64,000 nt of DNA from an uncultured Nitrospiraceae bacterium (GTDB lineage Bacteria; Nitrospirota; Nitrospiria; Nitrospirales; Nitrospiraceae): positions 96,001 to 160,000 of the forward strand of contig CAVPLT010000005.1 in the NCBI GenBank assembly GCA_963706325.1. Direction: 5' to 3'. This document shows, piece by piece, positions 22,056-31,199 of the stretch (position 1 is its first letter; the number at the start of each line of letters is the position of its first letter). The notes under the pieces are model-generated. The model worked only from the letters and a program-made list of their open reading frames with translations. It was not told where the DNA came from and made no database searches. Both the position numbers and the translations under genes were made by a program.

Positions 22056-23528
22056 TTAGAAATACGTTGCGGCTGAAACTACAACAGCACTGTCGTGAAT
22101 CCGCTCTCCTGTGTTGGGGTTGAACGACTTCGGCAGATACTGATAGCTGATCTTAAAGACGGCATCTTCAACGGGACGATAGTTCAAGCCAAACGAAATT
22201 TGTTCAAGTTGGCCTTGGCTCTCGCCACGATTATCCATATTTAAGTTGACGCGGTCATATCGGACAACGGCGGTAAACGTGGAACCTTCCCCGAACCGCT
22301 TCGGAGAAAATTTTGTCAAGAAACTCGGCATGAAGTGGTAATTGCCTTGAATATAGAATCCCTGCATCCGTTGCGGAGGCGCCGCGAAAGAATTTAATGT
22401 GTTAAGGCCGGTGAGCAATGTGCCAGGGGTGGCAAACGTTGCACCCTGGACTGCACGGGAGTTTCCTCTTGAGTAAGCCCATGCTGCTTCGCCGAGGAGT
22501 TCAAATGGCCCTTTCTGGAGCGTCCAGTCAACGGCGGTGATACTCAGTGGGTTATAACTTGTTGAAGATTGATTGCCGTAGTAGCTCGACCCGGCAATTT
22601 CTACGCCGAGCATCGGACTGAAAGCCACTCGACCCGAGACCGCTTTCCCATTATTAATGTCCAAGCCGTCGTCGGAGGCACATTTGCGCTGTCTGGAATT
22701 CCGCGTTCCGTTTTCCTCACTGACTCGTGGAGAGCCATCTTGGTTGTATCCGCAAGGGCCGGTGGTCACATAGAACTCATAATCCAGCTTGCCGGTGCGA
22801 CTTGGATAGAGCGTGCCATAGAACCCCACCCCGGTCTCGGCCATGGTTGATGGGATGATCAGCTGACTGACGAGGGGCCGATCGGTCAAATCGTTCAGAG
22901 GCGAATCGTGCAGCAAGTTAAACTTGCCGATGGGGACGAGGAGAATTCCTGCCCGGATGTTGAAGGGCTCATGTACCAGATAGTCAATATGGGCAAACTC
23001 CAAGCTGATTTCATTGTCGCTAGTTTCTCTAATGCCGTGTTCGATCTCGATTTCAGATGCGAACTTTACGTGTTCAGTAATGTCGGCATAGATGAAGGGG
23101 ACGAATCGTTGCTGGTCGAATCCATTCGTCGTTCCGTTGCCAAAACCTCCGGTCTCTAGGACGGCTTTGTCGTGGGCTCGATATTGAATATCCATGTAGC
23201 CGCCCACGATAGCTTTGGGGGCTGATACGAACGGCTTGGCGTAGACCAGGCGTCCAGATCCGGTGGATCCGAAGGAGAGGGCCGGCTGACTCTCCGTTCG
23301 TCGCTCTCGTCCGACCTCCGGCAGTGATCCTACGCCGGGCTCAGAGTAAGGAGCCACGTTGTCACGCTTTTCGCCTACTCCCTCACGATGCTCGCGCTCT
23401 TGCAACCGCTGCTCTACGGCCTCATCGACTAGTTTTTTGATTTCCTCCGGGGTCATGTTTTCCGCCAATGCCGGCATAGCCGGTAATGCAGCCAGAATGA
23501 GAGCCCCGAGGATTGCCCGCATCTTCAT
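22056..23528 (-). CDS. Outer-membrane beta-barrel porin
   Basis: GGAGG SD at 23535-23539, signal peptide, short coiled segment, amphipathic strands, EIEIEH motif, C-terminal YF. Confidence 0.85.
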   Translation of the reverse strand: MKMRAILGALILAALPAMPALAENMTPEEIKKLVDEAVEQRLQEREHREGVGEKRDNVAPYSEPGVGSLPEVGRERRTESQPALSFGSTGSGRLVYAKPFVSAPKAIVGGYMDIQYRAHDKAVLETGGFGNGTTNGFDQQRFVPFIYADITEHVKFASEIEIEHGIRETSDNEISLEFAHIDYLVHEPFNIRAGILLVPIGKFNLLHDSPLNDLTDRPLVSQLIIPSTMAETGVGFYGTLYPSRTGKLDYEFYVTTGPCGYNQDGSPRVSEENGTRNSRQRKCASDDGLDINNGKAVSGRVAFSPMLGVEIAGSSYYGNQSSTSYNPLSITAVDWTLQKGPFELLGEAAWAYSRGNSRAVQGATFATPGTLLTGLNTLNSFAAPPQRMQGFYIQGNYHFMPSFLTKFSPKRFGEGSTFTAVVRYDRVNLNMDNRGESQGQLEQISFGLNYRPVEDAVFKISYQYLPKSFNPNTGERIHDSAVVVSAATYF

Positions 23529-23534
23529 GGGTAT

Positions 23535-23579
23535 CCTCCATCCGCGAGTAAGGTTGTAGGTTGACTCGGGACTCAAAGG
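23535..23579 (-). promoter_or_regulatory. SD-sequestering mRNA hairpin in the porin leader
   Basis: CCUUU-ga-GUCC-CGAGU pairs with ACUCG-c-GGAU-GGAGG (14 bp including G-U pairs). Confidence 0.6.
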
Positions 23580-23662
23580 TCTCTGGTCTGTAGTGAAAAC
23601 ACTTGGGTACGATCGAAGCTCTGGACGTTTGCCGGCGACGATTCCTCCTTTCAATGGTCGAA

Positions 23663-23839
23663 TCATGCTGTGACGGCGCTCCAGCCTTCGATTGAGGTGA
23701 ATGGGATCACGACGATGCGTTTGCAGCGCTTACACTTCAGTTCGAGCCCCTGCTCCCGAACTTTGGCGATGAGCTGACCGCATTCACAACGAGTTTCAGT
23801 GTGCTGACAGGATGGAGTGGATATATTGTTGGCAATCAT
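23663..23839 (-). CDS. 58-aa Mu-Com-like C4 zinc-finger protein (absent from the ORF track)
   Basis: Hand translation: MIANNISTPSCQHTETRCECGQLIAKVREQGLELKCKRCKRIVVIPFTSIEGWSAVTA; RCxCGxLIAK..ELKCxRCK pattern. Confidence 0.78.
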   Translation of the reverse strand: MIANNISTPSCQHTETRCECGQLIAKVREQGLELKCKRCKRIVVIPFTSIEGWSAVTA

Positions 23840-23860
23840 GTGCGAAATATTTATGTATGA

Positions 23861-23891
23861 TGAAATTGAGAACGATTATTGGTATCTCAAT
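23861..23891. promoter_or_regulatory. Fur-family operator upstream of the zinc-finger/porin operon
   Basis: ATTGAGA-N13-TCTCAAT perfect inverted repeat containing TGAGAACGATTATTG; minus-strand TTGACA at 23903-23908. Confidence 0.62.
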
Positions 23892-24475
23892 AGGGAAAAG
23901 AATGTCAAGCATAGATTCTCTGCCGCTTAAGTGAAGTGCGTTTGCCGGACTGTTTACTTATAATTGCCACAGGAGACAGAAGTTTCTGACGTATTGCAAG
24001 AGCGGGGGTTCCAGCCATTTGCTTCGCGTTCCTTTCAACCGGCGTTGTAATGATTCCTCGCTCTAAGCCCACAGCTGCTGTAATTACCTGAATTAGTAAA
24101 GACCTGTTGGCCCAGCCCTGCGTTATGTGGAAATGAGTACGGCAGATGGCCGATACAGCGGGAGATTCGAATCCGGCGACGGAGCGTTGTAAGCTTTCTT
24201 CCTGCTGGAGCGCAATGATCTCACGCGTGTAATCAGTGGACGCTCTACGTGTCGATGGTTCAACATCCGTATTCACTTTCTTTGGGCAATGAGCCGGTGC
24301 TTTTCAGTGACTTGGCGATTCGCGATCGATTCGCCGAGTTGAGGAGGCAGTTTGCTCCTATCAATTGAGGCCGAAGACGACAACAGGAGCAGGGCAGGCA
24401 GGGTCGTAGTGTCATGCCCTCACGGGCAAACTTTCGCAACTGTTAATCCTTCTCCAACAAAAACGGAGACCGCTT

Positions 24476-25573
24476 ATGAAGTGCTGCCCGATCCTCGGTA
24501 TCCAAAGTGTATCCAGCGTCACCTCTGGTAGGGACGCATTCACACGGAAAGGACTCCGCGTTGCGCTGATAAGTGGTCTTTTCATTGCGCTACTGTTCGT
24601 GGCTGGATGTGTGAGTGATGGGGGTACCTTTGTTCCTGTTGTGGTCAAGCGCACGCAGATACATATGGGAACCCTAGTGGCTATTACGGCGGTCGCGACA
24701 AGTCGGCAATCGGCACAAGAGGCAACGTCGGTAGGGTTTCAGGAGGTTCGTCGTTTAGAAGGGTTGCTCAGCACTTGGATCGCGACCAGCGAACTCTCGC
24801 ATGTCAACGAGGCGGCTGGCCTCAAGCCCATCCCAATCAGTCCGGATACGATGCGTATTCTGGAAGAGGCTATCGAGATGGGACGGTTGACGGAAGGCGG
24901 CTTCAATATTCTCATAGGTCCAGCAGTCGAAGCCTGGAGCGTTTTGGACCGACAAGAGATTCCATCGGAGCTGGCGTTACAAGCGGTTCACTCCCTCATG
25001 GATCTGAGATCGCTTCATCTTAACACCTCACAGGGAACCGTCTATCTGACCAAGGCTGGCATGCGAGTTGATGTTGGCGGTATCGGTAAGGGATATGCCG
25101 CGGATATGGCTGTTGCAGCGATGAAGAAGGCTGGCGCAACTGCGGGAGTCGTCGCGTTATCAGGTGATATCAAGACTTTCGGCAGACTGCCCGACGGAGC
25201 CATGTTCCCGTTCGGCATTCGACATCCGCGACGGGAAGGAGCGGTGTTGGCGTTTGTCGACCTGCAGGACGAGGCAATCTCAACAGCGGGAGACTATGAA
25301 CGGTATTTTGAACGAGATGGGGTGCGATACCATCACATTCTTGACCCGGTCACTCTGCAGCCTGCTCGGGACTGCCAAAGCGTCACGATCGTCGCTCGCG
25401 ACGGAATCACGGCCGATGGATTGGATACCGGGGTCTTTGTGATGGGGCGAGAGCGAGGCCTGGCGCTGATTGAACGGTTGCCGGGAGTTGGCGCGGTCAT
25501 TGTAGATCGTGATGGTAAGGTTTGGATATCTTCCTATCTGAAGGGAAGGGTCAGAATCGTTCGAAGCGATTAA
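24476..25573 (+). CDS. apbE: FAD:protein FMN transferase ApbE
   Basis: MGT, SELSHVN, DVGGIGKGYAAD, ISTAGDYER, HHILDP, ADGLDT; lipobox VAGC; true start probably downstream of 24476. Confidence 0.93.
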   Translation: MKCCPILGIQSVSSVTSGRDAFTRKGLRVALISGLFIALLFVAGCVSDGGTFVPVVVKRTQIHMGTLVAITAVATSRQSAQEATSVGFQEVRRLEGLLSTWIATSELSHVNEAAGLKPIPISPDTMRILEEAIEMGRLTEGGFNILIGPAVEAWSVLDRQEIPSELALQAVHSLMDLRSLHLNTSQGTVYLTKAGMRVDVGGIGKGYAADMAVAAMKKAGATAGVVALSGDIKTFGRLPDGAMFPFGIRHPRREGAVLAFVDLQDEAISTAGDYERYFERDGVRYHHILDPVTLQPARDCQSVTIVARDGITADGLDTGVFVMGRERGLALIERLPGVGAVIVDRDGKVWISSYLKGRVRIVRSD

Positions 25574-25689
25574 TTTGAAAGCCGCCTTTACCGCTAGCCC
25601 TCTGTCCATCGGGTTGAAGTCGTTCTGTCACCGAAGTTCTGACCGACCGAGGGATCACTGAGAAGCATGATGGCGCTGGCGATGTTTTA

Positions 25690-25844
25690 CTTTCTGCTAA
25701 AACAGGGTTGAAGGCGGTGCCAGGCTGATTTTGTCTCCCATAGAACGGTCAGCACGATAACGCTGGCATGTAGGCACAGTGGACGATCCACGAACTGCAC
25801 GGATGGACCACCATCGCCGGGTACACCGGGATGATGGCAGTCAC
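25690..25844 (-). pseudogene. Decayed TonB-like N-terminal remnant
   Basis: GTG overlaps the exbD stop; SWIV(s)LCLHASVIVLTVLW (SxxxH TM motif) readable across a frameshift, then further frameshift and stop. Confidence 0.45.
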
Positions 25845-26215
25845 AACCGAACCACCTCCAGGCTCACTGACTGAAATCCCAATCCCCGTATCTCATCTAC
25901 CACCGCGACAAATCGCTCCAATACAGTAACTTTGTCGGCTCGTACGACGACGAGGGACTCGCGCGGGTGCGCGAGGAGGACGGTCTTGAGTCCATCCGGC
26001 GGAATCGGCCGATCGTTTAAAAAAAGTTCGCCATTTGCTGTCAGCGTGACCACCACGGGCACATCCTTGCGATCTCCTGCCTCCTTCGCTTTCGCGAGAT
26101 TCACCGGGATCTGACCCGTGCTGATAAAGGTTGCCGTCGTCAGCACAATGACGAGCAACACCAGCATGACGTCCACCAACGGGATCACATTTATCTGATT
26201 GACCTCACGTTCCAT
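25841..26215 (-). CDS. exbD: Biopolymer transport protein ExbD
   Basis: INVIPLVDVMLVLL, VRADK. Confidence 0.93.
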   Translation of the reverse strand: MEREVNQINVIPLVDVMLVLLVIVLTTATFISTGQIPVNLAKAKEAGDRKDVPVVVTLTANGELFLNDRPIPPDGLKTVLLAHPRESLVVVRADKVTVLERFVAVVDEIRGLGFQSVSLEVVRL

Positions 26216-26630
26216 GTTGGGTCCTGTACATAGTCAGAAGTTCTGCCACGCGGCGGCGTAACACGTTGTTCATCACGACACAGGGAATAGCGACCAGCAG
26301 GCCGACGGCAGTTGCTTTCAACGCGAGGCTCAAGCCGATCATGATGGTATTGACGGCCATTGTGCCTGATGTGCCCATGGTGTGGAATGTCATCATAATT
26401 CCCAGAACGGTGCCCAGTAATCCGATATAGGGGGCATTGGCGGCAACCGTACCGATGATGACGAGCCTTTTTGTCAGCGCCATTTCAAAGGTCTGCGCAT
26501 CAGAAAATTGGGATAAATCCACGCGTCGATAATACAGCCACCGCTCGACGGCGACCGCCACTGACCACACACTCAACGCAATCAGTAGGCCGATGATTCC
26601 ATATTCCACTGCATTTTTCAGCACGTCCAT
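26205..26630 (-). CDS. exbB: Short-type ExbB
   Basis: NAPYIGLLGTVLGIM, ALKATAVGLLVAIP; GGAGG SD. Confidence 0.93.
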   Translation of the reverse strand: MDVLKNAVEYGIIGLLIALSVWSVAVAVERWLYYRRVDLSQFSDAQTFEMALTKRLVIIGTVAANAPYIGLLGTVLGIMMTFHTMGTSGTMAVNTIMIGLSLALKATAVGLLVAIPCVVMNNVLRRRVAELLTMYRTQHGT

Positions 26631-26708
26631 TCGCGGATCCTCCACCTCTCAATGTTGCCGGAATTTCTGTGGGTCTAGCTATGCCTGCTTAAGATTAAGC
26701 TGAACCAT

Positions 26709-27878
26709 TTAGGGCGCAAAAGTGCATGCAGCCGTCGACGGATCCGCATGTGATCCGGATGGCTGTGGGAACAGCACGGTATGTGATGCCACCACTCGCA
26801 GAGCAATCGCCGTTCCCACTTCATACAGGCTCAATGACGATTCGCTGCTGTGGACGATGTGTCCTGATCGGAGTTGGATGGTGTACAAATTCTCGGACCC
26901 TTTGAATTGTCTGCCCAGGATGTGCGCATTGGCCCCCTTCGTCGGCACCATATGAATATCGTCCGGGCGAATCATGACAACCACGTTGGTGCCTGTGGAG
27001 AATTTCTTGGTATTGGGAAATTCACCGATATCGGTGGTGACCAGGTTCTTCGTGACGATACCCGGAATAAAATCCGCTTGCCCGACGAAGTCGGCGACGA
27101 ATGGAGTCGTCGGCAGGTGATAAATCACCTCGGGTGTGTCGACTTGTTCCAGCCGTCCACGGTGCAAAACGGCCACCCGATCCGCCATGGCAAATGCTTC
27201 GTCATGGTCATGAGTGACGAGAATTGCAGTCGTTTTGGTTTGCCGAAGGAGGGCATGGAGGTCTTGCCGCATGCGACTGGCCATGTCGGGATCGAGATTG
27301 CTGAACGGTTCGTCCAGCAGCAGCAATACTGGCCGCAGAGCTAGCGCGCGCGCCAATGCGACGCGCTGCTGTTGGCCGCCGGACAGCTCGTGTGGATACC
27401 GATGTTCGAGCCCGCGTAACCCCGTCAGCGAAAGGAGTTCATCGACGACAGCCTTCTGTTGAGATCGTGAAAGATGACTGAGGCCAAAGACAATATTTTT
27501 CTCAACACGCAGATGGGGAAAGAGCGCGTATTCCTGAAACACCATACCGATGTGCCGCTGTTCGGTCGGAACCATCATGTCCCTCGAAGAGACGAGCTGC
27601 CCCGAGAGGGCGATGGTGCCGGAAATGACCCGCTCAAAGCCAGCGATTGCGCGCAGGATGGTGGTTTTGCCGCATCCGGAAGGGCCTAACAGGCTTAGGA
27701 TCTCTCCCTGGTGGACCGCCAGGGTAATGTGTTCGACAGCAGGCCGGGTTGGCTCGTACGCGCAAGAGATATCTTGTAGTTCGAGGACGGGTGAACGGGA
27801 GGGAGTCAGATCTTCCTGCACAGGGCTGGCAGTGTAATCCGGTCGCTTCTCGGGATCCAATTCGGTTACACCATTCAT
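26709..27878 (-). CDS. Fe3+ ABC transporter ATP-binding protein (FbpC/FutC-like)
   Basis: GPSGCGKT, VFQEYALFPH, LSGGQQQR, LLDEPFS, TOBE-like C-terminus. Confidence 0.9.
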   Translation of the reverse strand: MNGVTELDPEKRPDYTASPVQEDLTPSRSPVLELQDISCAYEPTRPAVEHITLAVHQGEILSLLGPSGCGKTTILRAIAGFERVISGTIALSGQLVSSRDMMVPTEQRHIGMVFQEYALFPHLRVEKNIVFGLSHLSRSQQKAVVDELLSLTGLRGLEHRYPHELSGGQQQRVALARALALRPVLLLLDEPFSNLDPDMASRMRQDLHALLRQTKTTAILVTHDHDEAFAMADRVAVLHRGRLEQVDTPEVIYHLPTTPFVADFVGQADFIPGIVTKNLVTTDIGEFPNTKKFSTGTNVVVMIRPDDIHMVPTKGANAHILGRQFKGSENLYTIQLRSGHIVHSSESSLSLYEVGTAIALRVVASHTVLFPQPSGSHADPSTAACTFAP

Positions 27879-29479
27879 GTGACGACCGCCTGGTGACGGC
27901 CGCGCCAATCCTTTGCGACCAGCAGTAGCAGAGCCGGCACACTCAGCAACACTATCAGCAGGGCGGAAGGCGCCGCCAGCTGATAATACTCCTCACTGGC
28001 TTCAAGCCAGACGCGAATGGCCAGTGTATCAAACCCGACCGGACGTAACAGTAAGGTGGCGGGAAGTTCCTTCATGGTCTGTAAAAACATTAGGACCCAG
28101 GCCGTGACACAGCCATTTTGAATAAGCGGGAGGGTGACGCGCCACAGCGTCTGCCGAGTGGTGCACCCTAAGGTTCGCGCGACTTCTTCCACATTGGGCG
28201 TCACCTGTTGCAAGGCCGGTTCCAGGGATTGCAGCCCGACGGGGATGAAATGCAGAATGTAAGCGACGAGTAACACAATCACCGAGCCGTACAGAGCTGG
28301 TGCAAAACGGGTGAAGAGCACCAGGACGGCGAGGGCGATGACGGGGCCGGGGAGGGCGTATCCTGCATAGGCCGCTTGGAGACAGGCGAGGTTGAGTCGT
28401 GAAGGTCGGCGGCTGGCCAGGTAGGCTAATGGGAGACCAATCAGGACGGCACCTCCGGCTGCCAAAGCGGATAACATGCTGCTATTCCAGACAAAGCCAA
28501 AAAATCGTGCATCGACCGCTCCTTGGGAAACGGCTGCGACGCTCCATTGAATCAGCATGAGGGCTGGAATTCCAAAGGAGGCTCCAAAGACCACCAGCAC
28601 ATAGAGCGTAATGAGGACGGTGCCCATGATACCTTCGCGACGTCGAGTCGACGTGCGATACCGGCCGGATGTTTGATAGAAGCGGCTGCGTTGGCGAAAC
28701 CATCGTTCCGTCACGAGGAAGACTATGGCCATCACCACGAGCAGCAGGCTGAGGATGCTGGCGGCGCTCTGGTCGTAGCGGCCGGTCATCTGCTGATAGA
28801 CCGCATAGGTGAGCGTTTGATAGCGAAGCAGGGAAACGGCTCCAAAGTCCGAGACAACATATAAGATGACTAGGGCGAGCCCTGCGGCAATAGCGGGACG
28901 AATAAGCGGCAGGGTAACTCGCCAGAGTACACTCCAACCTGACACGCCGCAGGCGCGTGCCACCTCCTCAAACGAGATGTTGAGATTGAGGAGCGCACTT
29001 CGAGCGAGCAGGTAAACGAAAGGAAAGGTATCGAGGGCCATGATCAGGGTCACGCCAAGGAAGCTTTGGGGAGAGAGGAGTCTCGCATCCTGACCCACGA
29101 GCGACTGCCACCACTGCTCTGCAGGACCCCCCATCCCGAGCAGATGGGCATAGACGTAGGCCAGCACGTAGGTCGGCATGGCAAGGGGGAGGACGATGGC
29201 CCATTCCCAGATTCGACGGCCGGGGAATTCATAACGGACCATGATCCAAGCCAAGGATACGCCAAGCACGAGAGTGGTGACGGCCACGCTTGTGGCAAGG
29301 GATAGGGTGTTCAACAGCAGCTCAGGAATACGGGTTGTCCACAGGCGGTTCCAGACGGCTGGGGAGGCGGTCAGTGCCACGTACATGATATAGCATGTAG
29401 GCAACACCAGGCATGCCGCAGTGATCAGGCTTACCCACTGCAGCGGGGACGGTGCGTTGAACCTCGTGGCAGTGAGCAT
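27875..29479 (-). CDS. Fe3+ ABC transporter permease (FbpB/FutB-like)
   Basis: Duplicated permease halves, PLAMPTYV, SDFGAV, KELPATLLLRP.GFDTLA. Confidence 0.9.
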   Translation of the reverse strand: MLTATRFNAPSPLQWVSLITAACLVLPTCYIMYVALTASPAVWNRLWTTRIPELLLNTLSLATSVAVTTLVLGVSLAWIMVRYEFPGRRIWEWAIVLPLAMPTYVLAYVYAHLLGMGGPAEQWWQSLVGQDARLLSPQSFLGVTLIMALDTFPFVYLLARSALLNLNISFEEVARACGVSGWSVLWRVTLPLIRPAIAAGLALVILYVVSDFGAVSLLRYQTLTYAVYQQMTGRYDQSAASILSLLLVVMAIVFLVTERWFRQRSRFYQTSGRYRTSTRRREGIMGTVLITLYVLVVFGASFGIPALMLIQWSVAAVSQGAVDARFFGFVWNSSMLSALAAGGAVLIGLPLAYLASRRPSRLNLACLQAAYAGYALPGPVIALAVLVLFTRFAPALYGSVIVLLVAYILHFIPVGLQSLEPALQQVTPNVEEVARTLGCTTRQTLWRVTLPLIQNGCVTAWVLMFLQTMKELPATLLLRPVGFDTLAIRVWLEASEEYYQLAAPSALLIVLLSVPALLLLVAKDWRGRHQAVVT

Positions 29480-29492
29480 AATAATGACAGGT

Positions 29493-30524
29493 TCAGCGGA
29501 GGCCAACCTGCTCGATCAGAGCGAGGGTCGGCTCGCGCAATTCGGCAAGTCGGGCCAGTGGAACGAGTGCAGCACGAAAGGCATGCCGATCGACGAGGGC
29601 TGGGTCGGCCTTCACATCCGGATGCAGAGGATATTCTTTATCAAGGTCAGCGAACAATTTCTGGCCTGCCTGGGCGACCAGGAACTCAATGAGAAGCTTG
29701 GCATTGTCGACGTGTTTCGACGCGCGTGTCACCCCGATACCGGACACATTCATAATCGCGCCCATGCCGCCCTCCTGCTGATCGGGCATTAAGGCTGCGA
29801 TCGGTGCTGTGGGCTGCGCTGCGAAATGGCGGTAAATATAATAATGGTTCACGATTCCTGCCGCGACTTGTCCTTTCGCCACGGCCTCCACGATTTGAGA
29901 ACTTTTCTGATACACCTGCGTACCCGCGTTGCCTTTGAGACCCTCGAGAAATTGTTTTGTCCGCTCGTCTCCGAGCGTTGCCTTGATGACCGACACGCCT
30001 GCTTGCAAATACTCGCTACCGGAGTTGGGAATGGCAATTTTGTTCTTCCATTCTGGTTGCGAAAGGTCGAGTAGTGACTTGATCTGATCCGGCTTCGCGA
30101 GGGTCGTGTTATAGACGACAATCCAGAATCGACCGGACAGGCCGATCCAGCTATTGTCGGAGGCTCGGAATTGCGAAGGAATGGCTCGTTCGACCTCCCG
30201 CATGTTCATGGGCCGCAGTAATTTGAGTTCTCGCGCGTGTTCCAGACTGCCCGCATCATTTGTCAGGAACACATCAGCGGGAGTATTGTCCCCTTCCGCT
30301 TGCAATCGGTTGACCAGTTCAGTTGTTCCGGACGACAGAAGCTCGATCTGAATGCCGCTTTTAGATTGGAATTGGTCCAGCACGGGTTTAATGAGCCGTT
30401 CTGCGCGTCCTGAGTACACGACGAGTTTGTCGGCAGCGAAGGTGTCAGCTGGAGTAAGTTGGAATATACCCAGCGCTCCCAGCAGAAAAGTCACAGCCCA
30501 CAACGGGCGTGAGGATGGAACCAT
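29493..30524 (-). CDS. Fe3+ ABC transporter substrate-binding protein (FbpA/FutA-like)
   Basis: VVYSGR, EG..TPADVFL, VNHYY di-tyrosine iron ligands, EYPL. Confidence 0.92.
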   Translation of the reverse strand: MVPSSRPLWAVTFLLGALGIFQLTPADTFAADKLVVYSGRAERLIKPVLDQFQSKSGIQIELLSSGTTELVNRLQAEGDNTPADVFLTNDAGSLEHARELKLLRPMNMREVERAIPSQFRASDNSWIGLSGRFWIVVYNTTLAKPDQIKSLLDLSQPEWKNKIAIPNSGSEYLQAGVSVIKATLGDERTKQFLEGLKGNAGTQVYQKSSQIVEAVAKGQVAAGIVNHYYIYRHFAAQPTAPIAALMPDQQEGGMGAIMNVSGIGVTRASKHVDNAKLLIEFLVAQAGQKLFADLDKEYPLHPDVKADPALVDRHAFRAALVPLARLAELREPTLALIEQVGLR

Positions 30525-30570
30525 GCGGCATGCCTCCAGTTCTTAGGACAGCCCGCTGGGCCGTCTTATT

Positions 30571-30592
30571 TGAAATTGATAAGCTCTCTCAA
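30571..30592. promoter_or_regulatory. Fur-box-like site between fur and the Fe3+ ABC operon
   Basis: TGAAATTGATAAGCTCTCTCAA, similar to the sites at 18567 and 23861. Confidence 0.55.
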
Positions 30593-30619
30593 GAGGATAC
30601 GGGATTGGAATGCAGTCCG

Positions 30620-31051
30620 TCAATGCCGACAGCGGGAACAAAGGCCGTAGAGTTCGAGTCGGTGGGTTTGAATCACAAAGCCGTTCTTCATTGCGACCTC
30701 TTCCTGCAATCGCTCAATCTCGCAATTCTCGAACTCCACAATAGTGCCACAGCCGGTACAGATGAGGTGGTCGTGATGGCCTTTATGGGCAATGTTATCG
30801 TATTGCGTTTGGGTGCCGAAGTGACGGGCTTGGGCAATTCCGGCTTCACAGAACAAGTTTAGCGTGCGGTAAATGGTAGCCAGCCCCAGGTGCGGGTCTT
30901 TTTTTGCGAGCTGATGATACATGGTTTCCGCAGTGACGTGTTCCTGGCGGAGAAAGGCGGTCAGGATCAGTTCTCGCTGGCGGGTTAATTTGAGTTGATG
31001 TTTCGCCAGGTGCTGGCGTAGCACATCCATTTCTTTGATGTTTTTGCTCAT
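30620..31051 (-). CDS. fur: Ferric uptake regulator family repressor
   Basis: LTRQR, GLATIYRTL, HHDHLICTGCG, ELYGLCSRC. Confidence 0.93.
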   Translation of the reverse strand: MSKNIKEMDVLRQHLAKHQLKLTRQRELILTAFLRQEHVTAETMYHQLAKKDPHLGLATIYRTLNLFCEAGIAQARHFGTQTQYDNIAHKGHHDHLICTGCGTIVEFENCEIERLQEEVAMKNGFVIQTHRLELYGLCSRCRH

Positions 31052-31199
31052 GGCGTACGGAACCGGTGTAAGAGAGCCACATTAAAGACGAAAGTGCATC
31101 GGTGGGTCAAGGGGAGAGGCGAATAGGTGCGATGAGCGATTGACGAATAGAAATGCGCCTGTCTATAGTCCTACCCGGTTTCGAACTATCATAGGAGAT

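Noticed and set aside
23529..23666. 46-aa N-terminal extension of the porin ORF from ATG 23666
   Set aside because: A signal peptide and GGAGG SD favour ATG 23528. Translational coupling from the ATGA overlap cannot be fully excluded.
24160..24180. GATTCGAATCC T-loop-like sequence (similar one at about 62879)
   Set aside because: No cloverleaf around it; the second lies inside ileS coding sequence.
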